A DNA stretch of 46,769 bases from Bdellovibrionota bacterium FG-2 (GCA_051382305.1 JBBCAV010000089.1:1-46769); one strand, 5' to 3'. Shown: positions 37,407 to 46,769, counted from the stretch's first letter. Numbers and translations: made by a program. The notes: generated by a model not told the origin, from the letters alone.

Positions 37407-38261
37407 ATGAAACCCCCTGAATTTGAACTCGTCACCCTGAAATCCGGAATCAAGAGTTTGCGCGCGCTCGATAATCTTGAAACCTTTCACCCCGTCACGG
37501 GGCCGTGGATCGAAGCCAATGAGCTTCATGTTGAACAGCAAAGACTTGTCGACCGCAGCGCCAACACGAAAGGACCTTTTGTCATCTGGGATGTCGGATT
37601 AGGCGCCGCCGCCAACGCCTTGGCCGCCATTGAAGCCCTCAAGAATATTAGCGATAGTGAAATCGAAATTCACAGCTTCGATAAGACCACGCGCCCCCTC
37701 GAATTTGCGCTGCAAAATGCTGCTGAACTGAGCTACCTTTGTGGCCACGAAGAAACAATTCAACTTTTACTCGCATCCCAGAGAGTGAAACTCGCACCTC
37801 GAATCACCTGGGCACTTCATTTGGGCGATTTTTGCAGCGAATTGAAAGATCGGCAAATTCCCTCCCCCCACGCAATAATCTACGACCCGTACTCCTCAAC
37901 GGGCAATCCTGAGATGTGGTCCCTGACTCATTTTCAATCCCTGCAACAACGGCTCAACCCCCTGATCCCCTGCATGCTCACCAACTACACTCGCTCCACG
38001 GCTATCCGTGTGACGCTGCTCTTGGCGGGATTTTTTGTAGGAGTGGGCCGTCACATTGGCCAAAAGGCGGAGACAACCGTGGCATCAAATCAAGCGGAAC
38101 TTCTAGACCAGCCCCTTGATTTGCGGTGGCTAGAGCGCGTACGCGTCTCGCGAAATGCGGCGCCCCTAAGTGCGACGGCCTCTGGCGTCTCCCCCATCAC
38201 CCCCGCAGACTTTGAGCGACTCAAGAATTGCCCTCAGTTTGTTGTTTCCGGAAAGTGCTAA
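37407..38261 (+). CDS. MnmC/MnmD-like SAM-dependent methyltransferase
   Basis: ETFHPVTGP..EA, DVGLGAAAN, YDPYS..NPEMW, LLLAGFFVG. Confidence 0.8.
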   Translation: MKPPEFELVTLKSGIKSLRALDNLETFHPVTGPWIEANELHVEQQRLVDRSANTKGPFVIWDVGLGAAANALAAIEALKNISDSEIEIHSFDKTTRPLEFALQNAAELSYLCGHEETIQLLLASQRVKLAPRITWALHLGDFCSELKDRQIPSPHAIIYDPYSSTGNPEMWSLTHFQSLQQRLNPLIPCMLTNYTRSTAIRVTLLLAGFFVGVGRHIGQKAETTVASNQAELLDQPLDLRWLERVRVSRNAAPLSATASGVSPITPADFERLKNCPQFVVSGKC

Positions 38262-38271
38262 TCAGGCGGAG

Positions 38272-38832
38272 TCATTCCATTGGCGTGGGAGACTCATCGG
38301 GACCAATAAAGGCGAGACAATGGAGCTGAATTTCCTGAATCTCGCTTTCACTCAGGAAAAACGACGCTAAGTGCATGGTTTCGTGAAAAATCGTACTCGA
38401 TAGACTGTAGCATTTTCCAGTGAAGGCCATTCGATTCAGATGAATTCTATGAACCAGACCTCCGTAGGAACGTGTGTAGGCGCAAACATCATTATTCGTC
38501 TTGTCGTCAGGATCAAAGACAAAGGTAATTTCCTTGTTTTCAAAAATATCCAGGACTGCCTTCTGAATCTGCGGACGCTCTCTAGCTAGCTGAAGACAGC
38601 CCTGTGCAGTACTATGAGCATTAATGAGTCCATGCGCGAGAAGATCACGAAGTTCCGGCGGAAAACCCTCTGCCCTATAATCGAGATTCACTTCTTGTTT
38701 CTGGATGGATGCGAAGGTTGCGTCCGAACCCGTAAGTCCAAAATACAAAAGCAAAAAATCAACGAAGACGCCCGAACCCCAGAAAGTGCGACGTTTTGAT
38801 TTCCACGAGAATCGGCTCCAAAAGTTCTTCAT
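38272..38832 (-). CDS. Membrane-anchored/secreted HExxH protein
   Basis: N-terminal hydrophobic segment; IFHETMH. Confidence 0.55.
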   Translation of the reverse strand: MKNFWSRFSWKSKRRTFWGSGVFVDFLLLYFGLTGSDATFASIQKQEVNLDYRAEGFPPELRDLLAHGLINAHSTAQGCLQLARERPQIQKAVLDIFENKEITFVFDPDDKTNNDVCAYTRSYGGLVHRIHLNRMAFTGKCYSLSSTIFHETMHLASFFLSESEIQEIQLHCLAFIGPDESPTPME

Positions 38833-38857
38833 AGAGAATTGCCGCAGGGAACACATA

Positions 38858-38873
38858 AGCGAATATCGTGCCG
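38858..38873 (-). promoter_or_regulatory. sigma54-like promoter
   Basis: CGGCACGATATTCGCT (GG-N10-GC), 26 nt upstream of ATG. Confidence 0.5.
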
Positions 38874-39094
38874 AATTGCGGTCCCCTCAGATTCGATAAA
38901 TGAGGCATTGGCCCCGCGTTGCGTGATATGAATGTAGATGCTTTTGACACCAAGACTTTTTCTGGACAAACCTGCGGGACGATCTTCCTTCTAAACTGCA
39001 TCAAAACAGCTGCCTAGAAACCAAAGTCTTCGAATCGTAGCTTGGTCCAACTTTTGCTCATCTCTAGCGAGACTATTCCCGCTCCGAATGGGCT

Positions 39095-39502
39095 TTGGTA
39101 TTTTTCGATCAAGTTGCCGTCATTTATTTAACGCGAATTGCGGCCCATCGCGAGGCCATCGAACGATATGAGTACAAATTCATCAAGAGAGGACTCCCCG
39201 CTAATTACGGCGCGCAAATGCAAGGAGTCTCCGAGAGTGATCGTGCAGGCTTTGAGAAAGAACTCAACCGCTGCCTTCAGGACATGCCCCACAATGTGTA
39301 CTGCCTCATCGGCAAGTCTTCGTGCTTGAGCAAAAGAGGGGACCTCGAGGGGGCTCTGACGCGATTAACCCAAGCCTACGCCATTGATTCCACCAACCCG
39401 GAACTCCTCCTCGAATTCATCACCGTCTATCCAGCCAAAAAAATGCCCCGAGAGGCGGACCTAATGCAGGCTCGTTTCGACCGATTGACCTTTCACAACT
39501 AA
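39095..39502 (+). CDS. TPR-like protein, possibly remnant of a longer gene
   Basis: GDLEGALTRLTQAYAIDSTNP TPR-like helix pair; weak TTG start; upstream frame interrupted by TAGs at 39038 and 39065. Confidence 0.45.
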   Translation: MVFFDQVAVIYLTRIAAHREAIERYEYKFIKRGLPANYGAQMQGVSESDRAGFEKELNRCLQDMPHNVYCLIGKSSCLSKRGDLEGALTRLTQAYAIDSTNPELLLEFITVYPAKKMPREADLMQARFDRLTFHN

Positions 39503-39566
39503 AATCCGCCACTTGCAATCCCCACGAACCCCCGTTATGTTCAGAACACATTAGGGGAGAACTACT

Positions 39567-39884
39567 ATGCTGTACTCGGATACTTCGATTAGTTGTGACG
39601 AACGCGGAATCACGATTTCAGATTATTATCTGCCTGTAGGCGGCGATAAAAAAATCGCTTGGAAATCCATAAAGAGTTTCAAAGAATTTCCCCTTACACT
39701 GCTGGGCGGAAAACTTCGCGTCTGGGGCATGAATTTGGGCCTCGCGTGGTTCAATTGCGATTTCAAACGCGCAACAAAAACCAAACTTTTTGTGCTTAAC
39801 ACCGGCAGCCTCATCAAAGTCGCCGTGACCCCAGAGCGTCCCCGAGAGTTCGCTGAAGTGCTGCGGGCTAAGATCAAGAAATAG
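39567..39884 (+). CDS. Small bacterial PH-like domain protein
   Basis: GGGGAG RBS; GITI..YY, IAWKSI, RVWG, VTPE pattern. Confidence 0.6.
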   Translation: MLYSDTSISCDERGITISDYYLPVGGDKKIAWKSIKSFKEFPLTLLGGKLRVWGMNLGLAWFNCDFKRATKTKLFVLNTGSLIKVAVTPERPREFAEVLRAKIKK

Positions 39885-39900
39885 GCAAATCCAGCGCGCT

Positions 39901-40689
39901 TTAGCGCCCTGAACCCAAGCGCGCAAAAAGTGCGGCCACCCCTGCCCGATCATCATCGGTAAGGTGAAAATACAGCGAATCCTTCATGACGCTGGTGGGC
40001 TGCTCCGCCGAGCGATAGGCGGGATCACACTGTTGATCCGCCGCATAGGTATCGCAAAGCCCAAAAGAATGTCCAAACTCATGAACAAAAATCCGGTACG
40101 TGCTCCAATAAAGTGCGTAGAAATTTAACCCCTTCTCTGAAGCCAACTCCCTCACTCCTTTTGGAGAAACAAACGAAACGGACTCCAAGAATCCGGGGAA
40201 CGCTTCACCCGGCACTCCCACTAAATCAAAAAAATCAGAGATGGGCCCATTTTGGTCGGCAACCTTATATCTAAATTCCGAATCAATCTTCACCATCGAG
40301 TACGCGTAATCGCCCTCAACAGTGGCACTCTGGTAGGCCCCAATCTCAGGAAAAGCAGTCTCAGGACCGAACACGATTTTAAGATTCTTCGTCGTCGAGT
40401 CGCAAGAGACTTGCGCGACACTCACTTGGGGAAACCCAGCCTTATTCATTTCGGATAGCCAAACCCGGAGAGCCGATTCAATCTGAGGCACCACGGTTTC
40501 CATGCGAAAGCGGGGGCTCAAAATTTCAATGCAATACTGGACTGAGTGGTTTCTAAGTGCGGGAAAGACCAGGGAAGCCTTTGACCAGGCAGGATTGTTT
40601 AAGTCATTGTTTAAGCCCCAGCCAAAGGCCAAATGCCCGGGAAAAAAGGCTAGAAGAAGCAAAAAAACACAGCCGGAGCAGTTCCCCAC
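39901..40689 (-). CDS. Secreted metzincin-like zinc metalloprotease (start uncertain)
   Basis: HEFGHSFGLCD zinc motif, SVM Met-turn, LTDDDRAG; signal peptide. Confidence 0.75.
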   Translation of the reverse strand: MGNCSGCVFLLLLAFFPGHLAFGWGLNNDLNNPAWSKASLVFPALRNHSVQYCIEILSPRFRMETVVPQIESALRVWLSEMNKAGFPQVSVAQVSCDSTTKNLKIVFGPETAFPEIGAYQSATVEGDYAYSMVKIDSEFRYKVADQNGPISDFFDLVGVPGEAFPGFLESVSFVSPKGVRELASEKGLNFYALYWSTYRIFVHEFGHSFGLCDTYAADQQCDPAYRSAEQPTSVMKDSLYFHLTDDDRAGVAALFARLGSGR

Positions 40690-40819
40690 AGTGACCCCCA
40701 CTTGCGACCAAACATTCAACCCCTGAACATTTATCCTGCCGCAGTGCGGCTCGCAAGACCAAATCTTGTCAACAAAAAACATTCTCAAATTGCGCGCAAA
40801 GGTCTGGTATACTTTTATC

Positions 40820-41086
40820 ATGGACCGACTACGACAGATCGAACTCATTCAGCGCTCGCTGGGCATTCGTCATAAACTTAAGGTACACGAAAGTATGAAG
40901 GCTCCTGAAACTCATGAGGATCTTTCGATTATGCTTTGGGGAAAATGGGAACTTGAAGACGAACTTCACGCCATCGAAGAACTCCTGGCGGAAGTCCGGT
41001 CACAAAATCGTGCGAAAAAGAAGAGTGCGATTATAAAAGACGACGGACCCGTAAAAGGCGCCGGAAAGAAAAAATCACCCCCTTGA
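40820..41086 (+). CDS. Small hypothetical protein, probably leaderless
   Basis: Extended -10 TGG-TATACT 6 nt before ATG 40820; helical protein with basic tail. Confidence 0.65.
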   Translation: MDRLRQIELIQRSLGIRHKLKVHESMKAPETHEDLSIMLWGKWELEDELHAIEELLAEVRSQNRAKKKSAIIKDDGPVKGAGKKKSPP

Positions 41087-43000
41087 ATTCAGGGCGTTCT
41101 TGATCCAACCCTTAGCTACTTTGGAGCGCGGTACGCCTCGGGGAAACTCCGGCTCAAACCACATTCTCACGTCTTCATCTAATCCTGCGCTTTGCATAAA
41201 GTTATAGAGCGCGCGATTTAGCCCCACGCCCAGGAGATCATGATCCACGCCAGGCAAACCTTTGAGGTCTTTGAAAGCCAAATCGTTTCGAGCAAAAACG
41301 CGCGAACGCTTCGGGTTTTTTTCCAATTCAATTCCAAATCGGGCCGGCGCTTGCCCAATTGGGCTATGGGCCGTCACGGAGAAACGATGCCAAAAAGCAG
41401 ACTGCACGCAGCCCGCCTTGAAGAGCTGCCGCACTCGCTCAAGTGCATCCACCGTTTCAAGTAAAGTCTGCCCTGGTACGCCGTACATTAAATAAGCGTG
41501 CACCATCACACCCGCTTGTGAAAAAGCGTGAGTCACGCGCGCCACCTGATCTACACTCACTCCTTTGTTGATCACTTTTAAGAGCCGATCACTGGCGACC
41601 TCAAGGCCTCCCGTCACGGCCACGCAGCCTGAACGCGCAAGGAGCTGCGCGAGTTCCCTCGTAAAGGTCTTCTCAAATCGAATATTGCCCCACCAGGTGA
41701 CTTGCACTCGTCTGGCAACTAATCGCTCTGCTAATGCTTTGAGATGTGCCGGAGGAGCCGCCTCGTCGACGAAGTGAAACCCGCTTTGCCCAGTCTCCTT
41801 GATCAGTTCACACATCTGATCCACTAAATGGTCCCCGTTTTCGGCGGGCGCTTGCACATCGTACCGGGAAATATAGGGTAAGCTCACGTCACAAAAATTG
41901 CACTTCTTCCAATAACAGCCGTGCGCGACCATGAGCTTGTTCCACCGACCATCGGACCACAATCGGTGCATGGGGTTTTGCGATTCACACAACGAAAAAT
42001 ACTTTTCTAGCGGCAAACCCTCGTAACAGGGTGTCCCTAAATCCTGAAAAGGAATATCGTGACGGGGAATATCACCCAGCGCTTCGCCAGCTCTAAACAC
42101 CACTTCACCCTTTTCGCGCACAAAGGTACGAAAAGGCCGGCCCTCGAGCACTCCCAGTAACGGCCGCTCTCCATCATCAAGCGTCACATAATCGACGAAA
42201 TCAAAAACTCGCGGATCACTCAACTCGCGCAACTCGGTATTGACGTAGCCACCGCCAAGAATCACGAGGGGAGAGCCCCACTGTTTGGCCTCACGAGCGA
42301 TCCAAAAAGCGCCGTAAACATTGCCCGGGAAAGGAACGCTAATTCCGATCAAATCGGGACGATGGCGATCAAAAGTCCCACGGGCAATCGCGGTCATCAT
42401 TTGCTCAACCAAAGTGGGAGCGCGTGCGCCAACCTCAAGCGCGTTGAAAAGAGGATCAAAAGAAGTCTGACTTGCAGCCAGTTTCTCTGCGTAACGAGAA
42501 AAGCCAAACCGAGGATCTGCGCCTTCACGAATCACATCCACCAGGTCATCGATGAAAAGACTGGCCAGGTGCTTCGCGTGATCTTGAGTGCCTTCATTTG
42601 CCGCGGGCGCCTCGTCTCGCAACTGTTCAAATCGCGGGCCCTCAGGCAGATACTGCCGGCCGACAATCCTAAGCGCCAGCGTCGGATCGCGCCCCTGCAG
42701 AAACGCGATTACAGGCTCCACGCAGTCTTGATAGGCCAGGAACTGAGTGAGAAAAAAATCAAGCGCGGGCGAACGTTTTTTGGAGACCTCAACGCCTTCT
42801 CGCACTCGCGCCAACCCGTCTCGTGAAAAAAGTCTAAGCGCAAGTTCAAGCGACAGATCCGCTTGAGTGACGTTCAAATCGGCTATGATAAGGTTTCCAC
42901 TCGCCTTAGTTTTCTTGAGAAACCCCGCCAAAAAAGCGATCGAAGGGTAAGTCGTATTGAGTTGAGTCAGGGGTGGAACAATGAGGAGGAGCCGTTTCAT
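41075..43000 (-). CDS. B12-binding domain radical SAM protein
   Basis: PPLTQLNTTYP, GGGY, GCYWKKCNFCD (CxxxCxxC), FVDEAAPP, GLEVAS. Confidence 0.88.
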   Translation of the reverse strand: MKRLLLIVPPLTQLNTTYPSIAFLAGFLKKTKASGNLIIADLNVTQADLSLELALRLFSRDGLARVREGVEVSKKRSPALDFFLTQFLAYQDCVEPVIAFLQGRDPTLALRIVGRQYLPEGPRFEQLRDEAPAANEGTQDHAKHLASLFIDDLVDVIREGADPRFGFSRYAEKLAASQTSFDPLFNALEVGARAPTLVEQMMTAIARGTFDRHRPDLIGISVPFPGNVYGAFWIAREAKQWGSPLVILGGGYVNTELRELSDPRVFDFVDYVTLDDGERPLLGVLEGRPFRTFVREKGEVVFRAGEALGDIPRHDIPFQDLGTPCYEGLPLEKYFSLCESQNPMHRLWSDGRWNKLMVAHGCYWKKCNFCDVSLPYISRYDVQAPAENGDHLVDQMCELIKETGQSGFHFVDEAAPPAHLKALAERLVARRVQVTWWGNIRFEKTFTRELAQLLARSGCVAVTGGLEVASDRLLKVINKGVSVDQVARVTHAFSQAGVMVHAYLMYGVPGQTLLETVDALERVRQLFKAGCVQSAFWHRFSVTAHSPIGQAPARFGIELEKNPKRSRVFARNDLAFKDLKGLPGVDHDLLGVGLNRALYNFMQSAGLDEDVRMWFEPEFPRGVPRSKVAKGWIKNALNSRG

Positions 43001-43009
43001 GAATTCCGC

Positions 43010-43807
43010 CTAAGATTTCTTCCGTAAATCAATCTTGCTGCCCACCACCAACCTAGAAAAACCCCGGGCCAATCGAGGCGAGAGCCGTTGCATCGCCAAC
43101 AAGGCTTTGCCATTGGCGGTCGGAAAAATCGCCTGCTCGCCCGCGGCAATTCCTGCGACAATACGCCGGGCACAATCATCAGCTTTGGTGGTCAAAAAAA
43201 GTAATTCTTTTGGAAAGCCATTTTCCTTCCCCACCCGCATAATCTGAGTTTCCACGAAACCAGGAGACACCAACACGAGCTTCACGGGGGATTTTCTGAT
43301 CTCCAACTCCGCCTGCAATGATTCGGTAAAACCGGTCACGGCAAATTTGCTCGAGACATAGGCCGTCAGACCCGGTGAGGAAATATGGCCAGCAACTGAG
43401 CCGATATTCACGATACTTCCGCCCCCCGTGGACTCCATGGGCTCCAACCAAAAGCGCACACAGGTGAGCATCGCAAAAAAATTGACCTGCAGAGTTTGCT
43501 CAAACTCTTCATCAGTCGTTTCAGCCATGCCCTTGATGGGCGCCACCCCGGCGTTATTGATCCATACACAAGGCACGCCGCGCGCCTCCCGCAGCCCCTT
43601 CAAAACTTGGTTGAGGTCAGACTTGTCAGCAAGATCACACCTCACTCCACTAAACAGGCCGGTGCATTCTTTTTCTAACGAACTAAGGCCCGCCTGATCA
43701 ACATCCAAGCCCACGACCGGCAGACCTTGCGCGAAGAACTGCTTAACCAATTCTCGCCCAATTCCTCCTGCGGCCCCTGTCACACCCACAAATCTGGATT
43801 CGCTCAC
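43010..43807 (-). CDS. Short-chain dehydrogenase/reductase
   Basis: TGAAGGIG, NNAG, YVSSK. Confidence 0.9.
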   Translation of the reverse strand: MSESRFVGVTGAAGGIGRELVKQFFAQGLPVVGLDVDQAGLSSLEKECTGLFSGVRCDLADKSDLNQVLKGLREARGVPCVWINNAGVAPIKGMAETTDEEFEQTLQVNFFAMLTCVRFWLEPMESTGGGSIVNIGSVAGHISSPGLTAYVSSKFAVTGFTESLQAELEIRKSPVKLVLVSPGFVETQIMRVGKENGFPKELLFLTTKADDCARRIVAGIAAGEQAIFPTANGKALLAMQRLSPRLARGFSRLVVGSKIDLRKKS

Positions 43808-43808
43808 G

Positions 43809-45146
43809 TCACCCCCGCAACTTACCGGCAAGGTTAAACAGACCCTTGAGCGATATCTTAAGTGAAGTGTCTTTCCGCTCCGGCGTTTGCACTCCGAGCA
43901 GATTAGCCACTTTCATGGCCGAAAAGACCGCGTCGTTATGTAATCCATACCCAAAATGGCTTCCGCAATAATAAGAATTCAAAATCCCATTTAAGCTCGG
44001 CATCCGCTCTATGGCCGCCACGGACTCAAAACTAAATTTTGGCGTTCGCAGCACCGTTTGAAACTCAATAAGATCACTGCGAATGGGAAAATTGGGATGT
44101 TGAGTGCTAATCAAATCACTCTCATCAGGCACCTGGTGCTCAAAGCGAAGGGCACCGTTGACTGAGGTATTAATCTGCCCCTCGCCATCGCGCGTGTAAA
44201 GATAAGTATAAGCTTGAATCAATTCGCGGGCTGGAAAACTGGAGTGATCACGATGTACAATGACTTGACCCTCTTTGTACTGCCAGACCCCCAAAAGCTC
44301 CCGCTCCAAAGGGGTGGGGGTTTCGAGCAAAGCCAGCGCCTGATCGGCGTTGCAAGCAAAAATGACCGAATCAAACCGCTCCTCACTGCCGTCGTCCAAC
44401 AGAACGGTCACCGCCTGCTCGCTCCTCTTTATCAACTTAATGCGAGCATTGAGGACGATCTTGTCGTGAAATGTTTTACGCATCGCCTCGACGTAAGTAC
44501 GGGTCCCCCGTTTCGCGGCGACCACCGAGAATAAACTTTTCGGGGAAACAATATCATTGTGAACCTTGAGTTTACCCAGAAAAAAACTGGCAGGAGTTTT
44601 TAGAACTTCAGCCGCCGACATCGACGACAAAAGGCACAGGGCACAGATCAAGAAAAGAGTGGCGTTCTTGTCAAACGGAGGCGCCAACTTTAAAGCCTCC
44701 CCGAGCGTCATCCCCGTCAAAAGCCCCTTGTCCAATAATGCATGAAGGACCTTGATGCCCTTAAAAAACCCGTAAACGCTCTTAAGATGATCCAATTTGA
44801 GAAGCGAAAAATTCTGGGCAATCCCCCCCCGCAAAGTGGGAGTAAGGTAGATGCCATCCTGGGTGTTGATATCGTGCATGCTCATGAAAGTATTGGCGCA
44901 AAAATCTGTTGCCACCCCTAATTCATCGAGCAGCGCAAAGAAGTGGCCGTACCCTTCTTTGCCAAAGGCGGCGACCGCGATATCGACCCCTTTGACCTCT
45001 TCGGTATCAATGGAAAACGCATTGCCCCCGAGACGATCACTTTTTTCAAAAAGCTTAATGGAGTGAGCTTTGTTCACGTAGTAGGCGCTGGCCAGGCCCG
45101 AAACTCCTCCACCAATAATCGCAACTTTCTTTGGCTTATTCGGCAT
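43809..45146 (-). CDS. FAD-dependent oxidoreductase (amine oxidase-like)
   Basis: KVAIIGGGVSGL, FEKSDRLGG, YYCGSHFGYGLHNDAV. Confidence 0.85.
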   Translation of the reverse strand: MPNKPKKVAIIGGGVSGLASAYYVNKAHSIKLFEKSDRLGGNAFSIDTEEVKGVDIAVAAFGKEGYGHFFALLDELGVATDFCANTFMSMHDINTQDGIYLTPTLRGGIAQNFSLLKLDHLKSVYGFFKGIKVLHALLDKGLLTGMTLGEALKLAPPFDKNATLFLICALCLLSSMSAAEVLKTPASFFLGKLKVHNDIVSPKSLFSVVAAKRGTRTYVEAMRKTFHDKIVLNARIKLIKRSEQAVTVLLDDGSEERFDSVIFACNADQALALLETPTPLERELLGVWQYKEGQVIVHRDHSSFPARELIQAYTYLYTRDGEGQINTSVNGALRFEHQVPDESDLISTQHPNFPIRSDLIEFQTVLRTPKFSFESVAAIERMPSLNGILNSYYCGSHFGYGLHNDAVFSAMKVANLLGVQTPERKDTSLKISLKGLFNLAGKLRG

Positions 45147-45162
45147 ACTAGAAAAGTTACAC

Positions 45163-45900
45163 TCAATTCGCGTTTTTGACCAGCATGCCTTCGCAGCGTG
45201 GTACATTCACATACCCCGCCTGTTGCCCAATTCTAAGAGTCTTGAGCTGTTCCGCTACCCCATGCTTCCCAAAACGCAGCCCCACGCGCGGCCACAAAAA
45301 GGATTGAGCGGCGACCAGCAAATGCATTTTGAACGTGGCATTGCTCAGAACCTGGCCTGCGACGTAGGTGTCCACGCTTAATTGGCGTTTCCACAAACCG
45401 AGGCGCCTCTTCTTCTTTTTCAACTTAGGGCACTCCAGTTCTAAGATGAGATCCAAAGTGGCCTTGTCTCTGAGCGTGCAAATGCGATGAGTTCCCGTAT
45501 CTCGAAACGTAATATCCGCTAAGAATTTGGGATAATGAAGCAGTCCCTTGCCGCCCGCCACTGACAGCTCTGTGCTCACAGGCAAGTGAATGATGTGGGC
45601 ATGAAACTTCGCTCTCACGAGCGATCGCAGGGGCTGCACGAGCACGGATAACGCCACTTCATTGTAAGGACCAATATCCGTGTCCTTATATTCAATACAA
45701 TTGACAGCAAAAAGCGCTTTGCCAAAAGGCAGTTTTAGGGGTCGATGCGGGGCACATAAAACTTTTGCCTGGTCATAGTCACACAGGAAAAAAGCCCCGA
45801 TCACGTTGGCATCCCGAATGAAAAATGGGGATTTAAAGACATGGCCTTCATAGGGCATTTCCGTTTGTACGACCTGGGAGAAAAACATTGAAGGATTCAC
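45163..45900 (-). CDS. Acetoacetate decarboxylase-like family protein
   Basis: EYKDTDIGPYNEV, LPVS, GG..LHYPK. Confidence 0.8.
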   Translation of the reverse strand: MNPSMFFSQVVQTEMPYEGHVFKSPFFIRDANVIGAFFLCDYDQAKVLCAPHRPLKLPFGKALFAVNCIEYKDTDIGPYNEVALSVLVQPLRSLVRAKFHAHIIHLPVSTELSVAGGKGLLHYPKFLADITFRDTGTHRICTLRDKATLDLILELECPKLKKKKRRLGLWKRQLSVDTYVAGQVLSNATFKMHLLVAAQSFLWPRVGLRFGKHGVAEQLKTLRIGQQAGYVNVPRCEGMLVKNAN

Positions 45901-46038
45901 TTGATTGGCTCCTTCAGCTTCGTCACGACTTCATTTTTGCTCAAAGCTTTTTCTCCTTCTTTGTTCAAAGATCCTTTGACGCAACGGAAAAAAATCAGAC
46001 CGATCAAACCATACTCTTCGCAATAACGACGCGTACAG

Positions 46039-46212
46039 TTGGATGTCTTTCTTTACCAGCCACTCTATTTAGACCCTGTGTTCCTCCACCAAAAATATGC
46101 CATCGAAGGGCTATCCGCAACCCAAATCGCGTCACAAACAAGCCGCTGCCTCCGTACAATTGACTCATTCAGGCCACCAATGCCAAATCAATATCTTCCA
46201 AGACTTCTCTAA
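46039..46212 (+). pseudogene. Short HTH fragment
   Basis: PLYLDPVFLHQKYAIEGLSATQIASQ HTH-like start that degenerates; upstream in-frame TAA at 46024. Confidence 0.35.
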
Positions 46213-46558
46213 CCCTGAGCAGGGTCTTTAAAGTCGGATTATTTTCACCCGACTCCAGCCGCTGATATGGCAAAAGACCAATCCCGATTTTTTCTGCCAG
46301 CTGCTGCTGCGTGAAGTGATGCTTCAACCTCGAGATTTTGATCATGACCGACAATTTCACGTAAGGGTCGAACATATCTAGTTCACTCAATCGTTCTGAT
46401 GCCCCTTCCACACTGTAACCGACTACTTTCCTGGTTTTTTCAGAACAAATTTTAAAAATTCCCGCCTTCTTCGAACCAGACAAAGGGACGGCATAATTGG
46501 GACCTTTTTTTTCCAGCACTTCAAGGTAGTCAGTCTTGTCATCGTAATAAATGTACAT
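46169..46558 (-). CDS. DUF2283-like + XRE HTH protein (antitoxin-like)
   Basis: IYYDDKTDYLEV N-terminus; TQQQLAEKIGI...YQRLESGENNPTLKTL. Confidence 0.8.
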   Translation of the reverse strand: MYIYYDDKTDYLEVLEKKGPNYAVPLSGSKKAGIFKICSEKTRKVVGYSVEGASERLSELDMFDPYVKLSVMIKISRLKHHFTQQQLAEKIGIGLLPYQRLESGENNPTLKTLLRVREVLEDIDLALVA

Positions 46559-46560
46559 AA

Positions 46561-46680
46561 TCAAGTCCCTTTCTTATAAATAATGCGTCCCTCTTTGGGC
46601 CGAGTCGTGGTCAACGCTGTCGAAATAAAGTTCCCATCCGCACAAACTTTCACCACGACACAGATGTAACGTGTCCTTTT
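46561..46680 (-). pseudogene. C-terminal remnant of a RelE/BECR-like toxin
   Basis: KRTRYICVVVKVCADGNFISTALTTTRPKEGRIIYKKGT*, stop 2 nt before the antitoxin ATG; N-terminus missing. Confidence 0.55.
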
Positions 46681-46741
46681 TTAAAAAGTGCGTAACATGA
46701 GCCGATTATTCTGATTACCTTTACCTACGAGGAGGAAGGGT

Positions 46742-46769
46742 ATGAAGGAAACTGTTGGAGCGGTGGAAT
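46742..46769 (+). CDS. Start of a gene running off the window
   Basis: Strong AGGAGG RBS then ATG: MKETVGAVE. Confidence 0.5.

Noticed and set aside
39043-39058. sigma54-like TGGTCCAACTTTTGCT
   Set aside because: Lies inside a probable decayed coding frame with no good downstream start or RBS.
46688-46720. GTGCG as a group II intron 5' end
   Set aside because: An ORF begins only ~55 nt later, leaving no room for intron domains I-III.
1-46769. CRISPR arrays, tRNA and rRNA genes
   Set aside because: No repeat-spacer periodicity or cloverleaf/rRNA signatures noticed by eye; tRNAscan and CRISPR tools were not run.

Overview
Bacterial chromosomal window of moderate GC. The gene content (many secreted orphan proteins, sigma54 promoters, CheX, TPR-wHTH regulator, lipA-E2-E3-lipB cluster) suggests a Bdellovibrionota-like organism; this is inference only. 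Core genes are cheX-like, lipB/lpdA/E2/lipA, H1-like protein, HD dNTPase, catalytic-only E2, vapBC, uvrA, ArnT-like transferase, MFS, dedA, ahpF/ahpC/oxyR, AAA+DUF4143, Smr, MnmD-like methyltransferase and an ADC-FAD-SDR-B12 radical SAM operon. They are interspersed with about ten broken or chimeric accessory genes. A DUF4338-type (IS-associated) ORF runs off the left edge. The most striking unexplained structure is upstream of lipA: two minus-strand candidate sibling small RNAs (hairpin / identical 16-nt CU-rich anti-Shine-Dalgarno-like segment / intrinsic terminator), each downstream of a sigma54-type promoter. One is free-standing and one is the 3' UTR of a secreted-protein gene. Their seed is complementary to a 4x tandem repeat in the neighbouring E2 mRNA.
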